The notes beneath the pieces were generated by a model, which ran no database searches, had not been told where the DNA came from, and was given only the letters and a program-made list of their open reading frames with translations. The position numbers and the translations under genes are program-made. Shown here one piece after another: positions 18,451 to 28,252 of a stretch of DNA of 64,000 bases (positions within the stretch are counted from its first letter, which is position 1; the number at the start of each line of letters is the position of its first letter). Origin of the DNA: an uncultured Bacillota bacterium. Lineage in GTDB: Bacteria; Sysuimicrobiota; Sysuimicrobiia; Sysuimicrobiales; Segetimicrobiaceae. The stretch covers positions 716,693-780,692 of the forward strand of contig CAWDRG010000009.1 in assembly GCA_963804645.1 (NCBI GenBank). Reading direction: 5' to 3'.

Positions 18451-19332
18451 TCATCCACTCCGCTTCAAGCGCGGGTCTAGCGCGTCCCGAAGTCCGTCAC
18501 CCATCAAGTTGAAGCTGACGGCCACCACGAGAATGGCGAGCCCCGGAAACGTGATCAGTAACGGTGCGCTCGTAATGAAATTCCTCGCCGTCGACAGCAT
18601 CGCGCCCCACTCCGGCGTGGGAGGCTGTGGACCGAGGCCGAGAAAGCTCAAACTCGAGGCCGTGAGCATTGCCGTGGCAAGCAACAGGGTGGTCTGGACG
18701 ATTAAGGGAGGGACGATGTTCGGGGCCACGTGACGCAGCATAATGCGCCCGGGTCCCGCACCCATGGCCGTGGCGGCGAGCGTATACTCCTCTGCTTTGA
18801 CGACCAAGGTAGAGCCGCGGGCAACCCGGGCGAACGCCGGAATCGAATACATGCCGACGGCGATCATGACGTTGGTCGTGCCGACGCCCAGCGCTGCGAT
18901 GATGCCGATGGCCAGCAGAAAGCCCGGGAGCGCCATGAGGATATCGAGCACGCGGGACAGCACCGCATCCACCGCGCGCCCGAAGTACCCGGCTGCAAGC
19001 CCCGCGAGTGCGCCGATCGGCAGGGCTAACGCCACGGCTCCAATGGTGATGAACAACGTCTCGCGAGACCCCACGATGATCCGCGAAAGAAGATCACGTC
19101 CCAATTCGTCGGTCCCGAGCCAATGGCTGCGCGAGGGCCACTGGAGCTGATGTCCGAGACTGATCGACGTCGTCGAGTAGGGAGCGAGCGAGGTGGCAAA
19201 GCATGCGGTCAGCAGAACCACTCCGATCACGATCATCCCGGCTGCGGCCGGGCGATGGCGCAGAAATTGCCGCGCTGCGATCCTCGCATACGAGGTGGGC
19301 GGCGCGGGCGGCGTGCCGTAGGTGCCGATCAT
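18451..19332 (-). CDS. ABC transporter permease, DppC/OppC-like
   Basis: TM-rich with the binding-protein-dependent transport signature. N-terminal start is uncertain. Confidence 0.75.
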   Translation of the reverse strand: MIGTYGTPPAPPTSYARIAARQFLRHRPAAAGMIVIGVVLLTACFATSLAPYSTTSISLGHQLQWPSRSHWLGTDELGRDLLSRIIVGSRETLFITIGAVALALPIGALAGLAAGYFGRAVDAVLSRVLDILMALPGFLLAIGIIAALGVGTTNVMIAVGMYSIPAFARVARGSTLVVKAEEYTLAATAMGAGPGRIMLRHVAPNIVPPLIVQTTLLLATAMLTASSLSFLGLGPQPPTPEWGAMLSTARNFITSAPLLITFPGLAILVVAVSFNLMGDGLRDALDPRLKRSG

Positions 19333-19443
19333 GGGCCGCGGCGGCTGCGGCCCAACCGCGCGCCGAACCTGACCCGACGCGGGAGTGTTCCCGCGCCCGG
19401 CGGGACGGCCCGCGGGGGGCAGCTCGTTCCGTCCCGCATCGGA

Positions 19444-20364
19444 CTAGTCGTAGCGGACACGGGGATCGAGGTACGCGTACAAGACGTCGACGGCGGCGTT
19501 CATCACCACAAAGGCTGCGCCGAGGATCATCAACCCGCCCTGCACCACCGGAAAATCACGCGACCGGATCGCGTCCACGAGCATGCGTCCCAATCCCGGG
19601 CGAGAAAACACGGTCTCGGTCACGACCGCGCCGCCGAGGAGGTATCCAAACTGCAGACTGATCACGGTCACGACCGGGACGAGCGCGTTGCGAAGTGCAT
19701 GCCGGAAAATCACGGCGCGTACCGAAAGGCCTTTGGCGCGCGCCGTGCGTGTGAAGTCCTGCCGGATGACTTCAAGCAGACTCGAGCGCGTCATCCGCGC
19801 AATGATCGCGACGGAGGCTGCGCCGAGCGCCAACGCCGGAAGCACCAGCGCGCGGATGCCAGCCGCACCGCCTGTTGGGAACCAGCGGAGCTCCACGGAG
19901 AACAAGAAGATCATCATCAACCCGACCCAAAAGATCGGCAGCGATACCCCGAGCAGCGCGCCTACCATCGCCACATGATCCACGAACGAATACTGATACG
20001 TCGCAGACACCACCCCGATGATCACCCCGAGCACGGTCGCCAACACCATCGCGGCCGTGGCCAACTCGGTTGTCGGCCAGATCCGGCTGCGAATCTCCGT
20101 AATCACCGGGCGGCGCGTGATGATGGACCGGCCGAGATCGCCCCGAACGACGCGGCTCGCCCACAGTTCGTACTGCACATACAGCGGCTTGTTCAGGCCG
20201 AGATTGACCCGAATTTGTTGGATGTCCGCGGGGGCCGCGTCTTCTCCGGCGAGGACAAACGCCGGATCACCGGGCGCGAGATGCAGCAGCCCGAACACGA
20301 TCAACGAGATCGCCACCATGACCGGAACGACATACAGGAGCCGACGGAGAACGACCCGGTGCAT
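19444..20364 (-). CDS. ABC transporter permease, DppB/OppB-like
   Basis: 306 aa, six TM helices, conserved permease loop (ARAKGLSVRAVIFRHALRNAL). Confidence 0.8.
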   Translation of the reverse strand: MHRVVLRRLLYVVPVMVAISLIVFGLLHLAPGDPAFVLAGEDAAPADIQQIRVNLGLNKPLYVQYELWASRVVRGDLGRSIITRRPVITEIRSRIWPTTELATAAMVLATVLGVIIGVVSATYQYSFVDHVAMVGALLGVSLPIFWVGLMMIFLFSVELRWFPTGGAAGIRALVLPALALGAASVAIIARMTRSSLLEVIRQDFTRTARAKGLSVRAVIFRHALRNALVPVVTVISLQFGYLLGGAVVTETVFSRPGLGRMLVDAIRSRDFPVVQGGLMILGAAFVVMNAAVDVLYAYLDPRVRYD

Positions 20365-20449
20365 CAGCGGGCGCGCGAGACGCCGCCATAGCGTTGCCGG
20401 ACGAGGCCGTATGCCCTCGGCCGGCGGTGGACGGCCATCGCGGAAACGC

Positions 20450-22000
20450 CTATTTGGTGACGTTCGTCAATCGTAAGTCCCCGATCGGCAGATAATCGTA
20501 GCCCTGCACGCCCTTGCGCGTGGCCAGGAGGTTTGCTCGAATGAACACCCAGACGAACGGGGCGTCATCCCAAATCAAGCGCTGCGCCTCGGCGTAGGGT
20601 GGTTTGCGCGCGTTCAAGTCGAACGTGGAACGCCCTTTGGTGATGGCGGCATCGACGCCGGGATCGCAGTAGCCGGACCGCGAGTCACTCTGGGGGATCG
20701 ATGTCGCGGCGCATGTAAACAGCCGGTACAGATGAAAGTCGAGATAGGCGCTCGACCGGATCTGCATACTCGTCCATCCCGCCATCGTATCGGGATCTCG
20801 CTGCAGATAGTCGCCCAGTCCCGGATTGTCCGTCGTACGAAGATTGATCTTAATCCCGACGGCGGCCCAGTTGGCCTGCATCGCCTCAACGACCTGCTCG
20901 TCACCGGCCCACCGTCCGGGGACGTAGAACAGGTTGCCCTCAAAACCGTTCGGATATCCCGCGCCCGCCAAGAGCTGTTTCGCCTTCGCCGGGTCGTACG
21001 TGTAGGGGCTGAACGCCACGTAGCCCCACGCGCCCGGTAGCCCTGGGCCATCCGGCACCCGTCCGGCCCCATGCATGATGTTCTTGATGATGCCTTCCTT
21101 GTCGATCGCGTAGTTCATGGCCTGCCGCACGGCCTTGATGCTGAACGGTGGCTTGGATTGGCGCATCTCCGACGTCACGTGCACGAGCGAGTCCGTCTGA
21201 ATGACGACGATGTTCGGATCCGCCCGCAGGGAGTTGAGGTCCCCCGGCGCCACGTTCATCGCCATGTCAATTTCTCCGGTCTTCAGCATCGCGCTCCGCG
21301 CCGCGTCCTCGGGAACCTGCCGATAGATGATCTGAGGAATCTTGGGCGTCCCGCGCCAGTAGTCGGGATTCGCGACGAATGTCAGATGATCGTTTGGGAC
21401 CCATTCGACAAACCGGTACGGTCCGGTACCGACTGGATGATGTCCAAAGTCGGCCACACCGTATTTCTTGAGCGCCGTCGGGCTGACGATCAACGCGGTC
21501 TGGTCCATCAACAGGAACGGCAGGTCGGGAAACGGCTGCGCCGTGATGATCTGGACGGTGTACGGATCGACCACCCGGACTTCTTTGATGATCAGGAAGA
21601 CCGCCCGCCGGTAGGCTCCGGTGGCCGGGTCGTTGATCGAATCTAGGGTGACTTTGACGGCGTTCGCGTTGAACGGCGTCCCGTCCTGGAATTTGACGTT
21701 TCTCCTGAGGTGAAACGTCCAGGTGACGTTGTCCGGGCCGACCCCCCAGGACGTCGCCAGGCCAAACCTCGGATCGGGTTCCATCTTCGCGTTGAAGCCG
21801 ACCAGCGGATCGTATAAGAGGTAGAAGAGCGAGCCTGGCGGCCCGATGCCAGGAGGCGGATAGAGCCCGATCGGCTCGCTTCCGTCGGCAAAAATGAGGG
21901 TCGATTGGAACAGCGGAGCAGTGGCCCCAACAGCAGTGAGGACCAGCGGGACCAGCATGATCGCGATGACCTTCCACAGCCTCGACACCAGCCGAGACAA
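20450..22000 (-). CDS. ABC transporter substrate-binding protein, family 5 (peptide/nickel/oligosaccharide type)
   Basis: 516 aa with N-terminal signal/TM. Family-5 motifs present (FHLRRNVKFQDGTPFNANAV, HPVGTGPYRFVEW). Confidence 0.85.
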   Translation of the reverse strand: MSRLVSRLWKVIAIMLVPLVLTAVGATAPLFQSTLIFADGSEPIGLYPPPGIGPPGSLFYLLYDPLVGFNAKMEPDPRFGLATSWGVGPDNVTWTFHLRRNVKFQDGTPFNANAVKVTLDSINDPATGAYRRAVFLIIKEVRVVDPYTVQIITAQPFPDLPFLLMDQTALIVSPTALKKYGVADFGHHPVGTGPYRFVEWVPNDHLTFVANPDYWRGTPKIPQIIYRQVPEDAARSAMLKTGEIDMAMNVAPGDLNSLRADPNIVVIQTDSLVHVTSEMRQSKPPFSIKAVRQAMNYAIDKEGIIKNIMHGAGRVPDGPGLPGAWGYVAFSPYTYDPAKAKQLLAGAGYPNGFEGNLFYVPGRWAGDEQVVEAMQANWAAVGIKINLRTTDNPGLGDYLQRDPDTMAGWTSMQIRSSAYLDFHLYRLFTCAATSIPQSDSRSGYCDPGVDAAITKGRSTFDLNARKPPYAEAQRLIWDDAPFVWVFIRANLLATRKGVQGYDYLPIGDLRLTNVTK

Positions 22001-22295
22001 GGGACACAGCCCCCTTTCGATGCCAGTCGCTAGGATTGGTGCAGACGGTTCGCCAGGGCGCCACGTCCTCCTGCCGCGCGATGATCGGCCAGAGATTAGG
22101 TGGGCAGCGCGCGGCGGTTGGCACCGATGATGACTCGTGACTTGGCATTCTCTCGCGCGAGATGCCGTGAGTGCGAAGGGTTCGGCGGACTCCTGTCCCC
22201 GGTGATATTGTCAAACGGTGGGGCCCAGGAGGGCGCGCCAATCTCTGGTCGTGTGCGGGCAGGCTGAGATATTGCAGCGGAGGAGATGCGAATCC

Positions 22296-23183
22296 ATGAA
22301 GATCACACAGCTGGGCAGTGGAACACCGACGCCATCGCTCGTTCGCGCGGGCTCGGGCTACTTGGTGGAGGTGGGCGATGATGTGATCGTCATTGATCAC
22401 GGGCCCGGCGCCCACCACCGGCTGCTGCAGACCGGCAAGCGCGCGGTGGACGTCACGCACCTGTTTTTCAGCCATCTCCACTACGATCACTGCTGCGACT
22501 ACGCGCGTCTGCTGCTCACGCGCTGGGACCAGGGGGCCGATCTCATTCCCGAGCTCAAGGTGTACGGGCCGGCCCATACGCAGCGGATGACCTCGCTCTT
22601 GTTCGAGCCCGGCGGCGTGTTCGGCCCGGATCTGAACGCGCGCATCAACCATCAAGGCAGCATTGACATCTTCGAGAAGCGGGGCGGGAAGCCGCCGCGG
22701 AAGTGGCCGAAGCCGGACGTGACCGTCGTGAAGCCCGGCGCGGTCATCGACGGCGAGCGCTGGCGCGTGACCGTCGCGGAGTCGTCGCACGTGCAGCCTT
22801 ATCTCGAATGCTTCGCATACCGATTTGACACCGAGGAAGGCTCGCTCTGCTACTCCGGCGACAGCGGTGGCGTGTGCCCGAGCGTCGTCAAACTCGCGCA
22901 GGGATGCGACGTCCTGATTCACATGAACCACTACATGAGCGGTACGGAACCGACGGCCGCCTATCGCGCCGCGTGCGGCAATCATCTCGATACGGCTGAG
23001 GTGGCGAAGCAGGCGGGCGTGAAGACCTTGGTGCTGACTCACATGCTCGAGCAGATCGACCATCCGGGCGTACGCGAGCGGATCCTGCGCGAGATGATGG
23101 CCATCTATCCGGGGGACATCATCTGGGGTGCCGACCTCATGGAGTTCACGCTCGCCGGTCCGCGGCTCGGGAACATGGAATAG
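22296..23183 (+). CDS. MBL-fold metallo-hydrolase
   Basis: HxHxDH motif (SHLHYDHCCD) and downstream His/Asp ligands. GGAGGA SD precedes MKITQLGSG. Confidence 0.75.
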   Translation: MKITQLGSGTPTPSLVRAGSGYLVEVGDDVIVIDHGPGAHHRLLQTGKRAVDVTHLFFSHLHYDHCCDYARLLLTRWDQGADLIPELKVYGPAHTQRMTSLLFEPGGVFGPDLNARINHQGSIDIFEKRGGKPPRKWPKPDVTVVKPGAVIDGERWRVTVAESSHVQPYLECFAYRFDTEEGSLCYSGDSGGVCPSVVKLAQGCDVLIHMNHYMSGTEPTAAYRAACGNHLDTAEVAKQAGVKTLVLTHMLEQIDHPGVRERILREMMAIYPGDIIWGADLMEFTLAGPRLGNME

Positions 23184-23249
23184 CGGCGCCCACGGTACAC
23201 GTCCGCGGCCGCCGCTTCACCGCGCCGCGGTCAGGATCCCGCCGGGCCG

Positions 23250-24185
23250 TCAGACCTGAGCCAGCGGGGCCGGGGTGAATCCGATCTCGTCGAGCGCGGT
23301 GCGCAGCCGGAGTCCCACGGCGTCATTCAACTCGACCAGCGGCGGGCGGACGGTCCGCCACCGCGGCTCGTTCTTCCAGACGGCGAGCAGATACTTCTGC
23401 GCGACGATCTGCCCGAACTCTTGAATCTTCAACCGGAGCTTCTTGACGGACTCGTGCAGTTGTTTGGCTTCGGCTTCCCTGCCGCTCCGCTGGAGCTCGA
23501 TCGCCTTCGCGATCTGCGTGGCATTGATGTTGGCGGTCGCGGTGATGCACCCGGCCGCGCCGAGCGCCAGCGCCTCGAACAGCGGCAGTTCCGAGCCCGG
23601 ATAGACGATGAGCCCGGGGACTTCGGTCAGGAGGCGCCGGGTATTGGCCCAGTCGCCCGAGCTATCCTTGATGCCGACGATCTGCGCCGGGAACGCCGAG
23701 TGGAGCCGCTGCACCAGCTCGATCGACAGGCCGACGTGAGCGACCGGCGGAATGTGGTACAGGTAGATGTGGAGGTCATTCGAGCCCACGCGCTCGATGA
23801 GGCGAGCGTAATACGCGAACAAGCCGTCGTCGGTGACATCCTTGATGTAAAACGGGGGCAGCACCATCGCTCCCGCACACCCACGGTCGACCGCATGGCG
23901 GGTCAGCCGCGCCGTGTCGATCAGGTTCGTCAGACCCGTCCCCGGAATCAGCCGCTTCGGATCGACGCCGCGGTCGATCAACCGATCGAGGGCCCCGATG
24001 CGCTCGTCGATGCCGGCCGACAGCGCCTCCCCCGTCGTCCCGAACGGGGCCAGCCCCGCGCATCCCGTCGCGAGCAGGTGCCGCGCGTGGTCGACGTAGA
24101 GGTCCAGCGCGATCGAGAGATCGTCGTTGAACGGGGTCAGGGTCGGTGCGATTACGCCACGAATCGGCTCAACTCGGGCTGCCAT
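23250..24185 (-). CDS. dihydrodipicolinate synthase-family lyase (DapA/KDG-aldolase-like)
   Basis: DapA-family TIM-barrel signature (GVIAPTLTPF, FGTTGE, Schiff-base Lys region IVGIKDSSGD). Confidence 0.8.
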   Translation of the reverse strand: MAARVEPIRGVIAPTLTPFNDDLSIALDLYVDHARHLLATGCAGLAPFGTTGEALSAGIDERIGALDRLIDRGVDPKRLIPGTGLTNLIDTARLTRHAVDRGCAGAMVLPPFYIKDVTDDGLFAYYARLIERVGSNDLHIYLYHIPPVAHVGLSIELVQRLHSAFPAQIVGIKDSSGDWANTRRLLTEVPGLIVYPGSELPLFEALALGAAGCITATANINATQIAKAIELQRSGREAEAKQLHESVKKLRLKIQEFGQIVAQKYLLAVWKNEPRWRTVRPPLVELNDAVGLRLRTALDEIGFTPAPLAQV

Positions 24186-24279
24186 GGACGACTCGCCTCC
24201 GGAGAAAAGTCAGTCGTTGCTCTTCTGTGTTACCTGCTTTCATATTACCACGCGCACGGGCGCCCGCGCATCGTGTGGA

Positions 24280-24702
24280 TCAGGCCAGTCCTTCTCCCTT
24301 CGCCGCGACTGCCAGCCGCGCATCGAAGGAGAGGAGGGCTAGTTCGGGCAGTTCGCCCTGAAGGCTTTTCGCGACGGCTAAGTGCCACAGGTCCGCGCCC
24401 CGCAGGGGCCACTTGAGCGACAGGTCCCGGACGACCTTCCAATCGGGTGCCGCGTTCAGCCGCCGCCAGGGGCCGTCTTCAAGCGCCTCGCGCGATGCGG
24501 CAACAAGGCTCTTGCCCAGAGCGCGCTCACGTTGCAGTCGTGCAATCACCGCATGTACCTCAGACCACGCAAGTGTGGAAAGGAAATGCACCGCAGGGCT
24601 GCGGGCATGACGGCCAGCCTCGTCACTGTGCTCGTCTCGAAAGAGCGCGGACAGGATCGCAGAGCTATCCCAATACAGCGCACTCGTTACCTCGGCGCTC
24701 AC
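24280..24702 (-). CDS. vapC: PIN-domain toxin VapC
   Basis: PIN motifs (LYWDSSAILSALF ... DLWHLAVA ... FD). GTG start shares GTGA with the antitoxin stop codon. Confidence 0.7.
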   Translation of the reverse strand: MSAEVTSALYWDSSAILSALFRDEHSDEAGRHARSPAVHFLSTLAWSEVHAVIARLQRERALGKSLVAASREALEDGPWRRLNAAPDWKVVRDLSLKWPLRGADLWHLAVAKSLQGELPELALLSFDARLAVAAKGEGLA

Positions 24703-24983
24703 GAGCCGCGGTCCTCGCGTAGCCACCTCTGTGCCAGACTACCTTCGAGAGGTAGCGGTGGAGGGAGGTGCCGCGCCTCGCGGCGCGCAGGTTCCACCAA
24801 CCCCGCATCTTCCAGCCGACGGACGCGCTCGGTAAGCGGCAAACTCGGACCCGAGATCGGCACGAGCCGTGCCACGGGATTGCCTCGTTCCGTGATGAGC
24901 CATTCCTGTCCACGTTGCACGTCCCGAAGGAGCCTGCTCAAGTGCGCCTTCGCGTCACGCACCCCGGTCGCTCTCGTCTTCAT
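24699..24983 (-). CDS. Phd/YefM-type antitoxin
   Basis: RDAKAHLSRLLRDVQRGQEWLITERGNPVARLVP is a typical Phd/YefM N-terminus. Lies immediately upstream of, and coupled to, the PIN toxin. Confidence 0.7.
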   Translation of the reverse strand: MKTRATGVRDAKAHLSRLLRDVQRGQEWLITERGNPVARLVPISGPSLPLTERVRRLEDAGLVEPARREARHLPPPLPLEGSLAQRWLREDRGS

Positions 24984-25124
24984 AGAACTTCTCCCTTAAT
25001 TATTGTAGATACTAAGACCACATTGGTAGGATAGTCTTTTGGACCACATGTGTCAAGGTTCCGGGTGGCGTCGCGCCGAGGAGGTCCGTGCGTGCCGGAC
25101 GAAAGCGGGGTCTCAAGGGCAGGC

Positions 25125-25766
25125 ATGATAACGTCTTCCGACACGGAACGCATCCGGAGCGTCTACGAGCGGTTCGCGCCGAGCTACGACCGGTGTGGAT
25201 CGGCCGGCGAACTGCTCGTCCTGCGCGGCCTCCGGCGCAAGCTGATCGCCCGCGTCCGGCGCCAGCACGGGTGCAGAGTGCTCGAGATCGGGATCGGGAC
25301 GGGCATCAACCTCCCGTACTACGATCCCACGTGCGTCGTCACGGGAGTCGACTTGAGCCGTGCCATGCTGGAACGTGCGCTGGCGCGCGCCTATCGGCTC
25401 GGCCGGCAGTTGACCGTCGAGGTGATGGATGCCGAGCAGCTGGCGTTCGGGGACGCCACGTTCGACTCGGTGGTGTCCACGCTGACGTTGTGTACGACCC
25501 CCGACCCGATTCGAGCGCTGCGCGAGATGGGGCGCGTCTGCCGGCCGGGCGGCCGCGTGCTCCTGCTCGAACACGGCCGCAGCCGCCGCCGCCCTGTGAA
25601 CTGGCTCCTCGACCGCCTCGCCCCCGGGCACTTTCGACGGCACGCGTGCCACCTGACCCGGGACGTGGCCGCCCTCCCGGCAGAGGCCGGGCTTCGCGTG
25701 TCCCGCCTGGAGCGGCACGTCTTCGACATGCTTGTGCTGGTCGAGGCCAGCGCCGCGTCGGCATGA
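25125..25766 (+). CDS. class I SAM-dependent methyltransferase
   Basis: Motif I VLEIGIGTGINLPYY, plus post-I and motif II regions of the Methyltransf_11/25 type. Start is assigned at MITSSD. Confidence 0.75.
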   Translation: MITSSDTERIRSVYERFAPSYDRCGSAGELLVLRGLRRKLIARVRRQHGCRVLEIGIGTGINLPYYDPTCVVTGVDLSRAMLERALARAYRLGRQLTVEVMDAEQLAFGDATFDSVVSTLTLCTTPDPIRALREMGRVCRPGGRVLLLEHGRSRRRPVNWLLDRLAPGHFRRHACHLTRDVAALPAEAGLRVSRLERHVFDMLVLVEASAASA

Positions 25767-26908
25767 TCCCCGCAATCGGCAGCGCGCTCCGTCTGGCCTT
25801 CGCGATGCTGTGGGAGATCCTGTGGCCGCTCGTCCTCGGCTTTCTGCTTTCCGCGATCGTGCAGGCGCTCGTGTCCAAGAAAGCGATGGTGCGGCTGCTC
25901 GGCAGTGACTCGCCGCGCTCCATCGCGCTCGCGACGCTGTTCGGGTTCGCGTCGTCGTCCTGCTCGTACGCCGCCGTGGCGCTGGCGCGCGCGCTCTTCC
26001 GGAAGGGCGCGGACTTCACCGCGGCGATCGTCTTCGAGTTCGCCTCCACGAACCTCGTCGTCGAATTGGGCATCATTCTGGCCGTCCTGCTGGGCTGGCA
26101 GTTCACCGCGGCGGAATTCGTCGGCGGGCCGATCATGATTCTGATCCTCTGGGGCGTATTTCGGGTCACGCTGCGCCGCTCTCTGGTGAGCGAGGCGCGG
26201 CGCCAAGCCGGGCGCGGTGCCGTCGGCCGCATGGAAGGTCACGCCGAGATGGACATGTCGGTCGTCGACGGGCGACCCTTTCTTGCACGGTTGATTTCTC
26301 CTGAGGGAATGACGGCGGTCAGCCACTACTTCATCATGGACCTGGCCGCGGTGTGGACGGATATCCTGGGCGGATTGCTGATCGCGGGCGCGATCGGCGC
26401 GTGGGTCCCGGCCACCTTCTGGAAGACGTTCTTCCTGGTCTCTCACCCGACCGCGGCGCTGATCTGGGGACCGCTGGTCGGGCCGCTGATCTCCGTCGTG
26501 TCGTTTGTGTGCTCGGTCGGTAACGTCCCGCTGGCAGCCGTCCTGTGGAACAGCGGCATCAGCTTCGGCGGGGTCGTCGCCTTCATCTTCGCCGATCTGC
26601 TGATTATCCCGATCCTGAACATTTACCGCAAGTACTACGGCGGCCGCATGGCGCTGTATCTGTTCGCCACGTCGTACGCGGCAATGGCCGCGGCCGGGCT
26701 GGCGGTCGAACTGCTGTTCCGCGCGGTGGGCGCGGTGCCCGCCGTGCGCCACGCGATCGTGCCGGAGGCCCATCTCACGCTGAACTACACGACCGTGTTG
26801 AACGTCGTCTTCCTTGCGATCGGTGCCGCGCTGCTGATCCGGTTTCTCAAGACCGGCGGCGCCGAGATGCTGGCGATGATGAACCGGCCGATGGGATCCC
26901 CCGAGTGA
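25763..26908 (+). CDS. DUF318/UPF0718-family permease
   Basis: About 380 aa, multi-TM, with the family-typical LFGFASSSCSYAAV segment. ATG overlaps the methyltransferase stop (ATGA). Confidence 0.7.
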   Translation: MIPAIGSALRLAFAMLWEILWPLVLGFLLSAIVQALVSKKAMVRLLGSDSPRSIALATLFGFASSSCSYAAVALARALFRKGADFTAAIVFEFASTNLVVELGIILAVLLGWQFTAAEFVGGPIMILILWGVFRVTLRRSLVSEARRQAGRGAVGRMEGHAEMDMSVVDGRPFLARLISPEGMTAVSHYFIMDLAAVWTDILGGLLIAGAIGAWVPATFWKTFFLVSHPTAALIWGPLVGPLISVVSFVCSVGNVPLAAVLWNSGISFGGVVAFIFADLLIIPILNIYRKYYGGRMALYLFATSYAAMAAAGLAVELLFRAVGAVPAVRHAIVPEAHLTLNYTTVLNVVFLAIGAALLIRFLKTGGAEMLAMMNRPMGSPE

Positions 26909-26947
26909 CCGCCGCGGCCCCGTCGGAGCCGCTGAGACCCTGCGCGC

Positions 26948-28225
26948 CTACAGCAGCGCGTGGGCCACTTTCCGGGTGGCGCGCACGATATCCGACTCGT
27001 CGCGTTCCGTGAAGAGCGGGTTCAGCTCCAGGAGCAGCACGCGCTTCAACAAGTCATCGCTCTGCGGGAACATCCCCTTCTCGAGCCGCGCCCGGCCCTT
27101 GTAGCGCGGGCACTGCCAGGAGCAGGGGTGCTCCGCGAACATCCGGCGCTCGATGATCTGGTCGAAGTGGTAGTAGACGTGCTGGCCGCTGTCCCACGCG
27201 ACCCCGACGTGCACCCCCTCGGCCGTCAGCGCGGTGCTGAACTCCCGCGCCGACTCCGCGGTCGGCAGGTAGAACATCAGCGTCGCCCCGGTGTCGCCGT
27301 CGGGGTCGGGCAGCCGGCGGATCGTCAGGCCGTCGATGCCGCGCAGCCCGTCGATCATCGCGGCCTTGTGGCCGCGCATCTGCTCGAGGATCCACTCCAT
27401 GCGCGCGAGCTGCACGAGCCCGAGCGCGCCCGTGATCTCGTTCATCCGGAAGTTGATGCCGATCATCAATTCGGTGCCGCCCGGAAACGTCTCGTCCAGC
27501 TCCTCCATCCGGATCGAACCCTGGTCGTGGTAGCGGACGGCCCGCGTCCACAGCTGGGGCGAGTCGGTGACGACGATCCCGCCTTCGCCGGTCGTGATGA
27601 CCTTGTGGTACTGCATGCTGAAGGCGCCGATGTCCCCGATCGTGCCGAGGCGCCGGCCCCGGTAACGCCCGCCGAGCGCCTGGGCGGCGTCCTCGACGAT
27701 GCGCAGGCGGTGGCGCTTGGCGATGTCGAGGATCGGGTCCATGTCCGCCCCGGCCCCGCGCATGTGCACCGGCAGGATGACCTTGGTGTACGGGGTGACC
27801 GCGGCCTCGATCTTGGTGGGGTCGAGGGTCAGCGTCTCGTCGATGTCGACGAACACCGGCACGGCGCCCAAGTGGACCACCGCGTTGATCGTGGCGATCC
27901 ACGTGTACGTGGGGACGATCACCTCGTCCCCCGGGCCGACGCCGAGCGCCGCGAGCGACGTCAGCAGCGCCGCGGTGCCCGAGGTGACCCCGACCGCGTG
28001 CTGCGCGCCCACGGCCTTCGCGAACGCCTGCTCGAACTGGGTCACCTTGTGGAGCGGGCGGGGACCATAGTGACGGAACAGACTCTGGCTGTCCAGCACC
28101 TCGAGCACCGCGGCTTTCTCCGCGTCCCCGATCAAGAGCCCTCCCGGGTACCCGGGCAGCAGCGGTTCCGTTCGAACCGGCGTCCCGCCGTGGACGGCCA
28201 AACGTTCCTCGGTGCCCTTTGGCAT
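26948..28225 (-). CDS. DegT/DnrJ/EryC1/StrS-family PLP-dependent aminotransferase
   Basis: Characteristic fold-type I sugar aminotransferase motifs (GVTSGTAALLTSL, DAAQALGG, FSMQYHKVITTGEGG). Confidence 0.85.
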   Translation of the reverse strand: MPKGTEERLAVHGGTPVRTEPLLPGYPGGLLIGDAEKAAVLEVLDSQSLFRHYGPRPLHKVTQFEQAFAKAVGAQHAVGVTSGTAALLTSLAALGVGPGDEVIVPTYTWIATINAVVHLGAVPVFVDIDETLTLDPTKIEAAVTPYTKVILPVHMRGAGADMDPILDIAKRHRLRIVEDAAQALGGRYRGRRLGTIGDIGAFSMQYHKVITTGEGGIVVTDSPQLWTRAVRYHDQGSIRMEELDETFPGGTELMIGINFRMNEITGALGLVQLARMEWILEQMRGHKAAMIDGLRGIDGLTIRRLPDPDGDTGATLMFYLPTAESAREFSTALTAEGVHVGVAWDSGQHVYYHFDQIIERRMFAEHPCSWQCPRYKGRARLEKGMFPQSDDLLKRVLLLELNPLFTERDESDIVRATRKVAHALL

Positions 28226-28252
28226 CTCTTCCCTCCCGGTTGGTCCGGCGGA

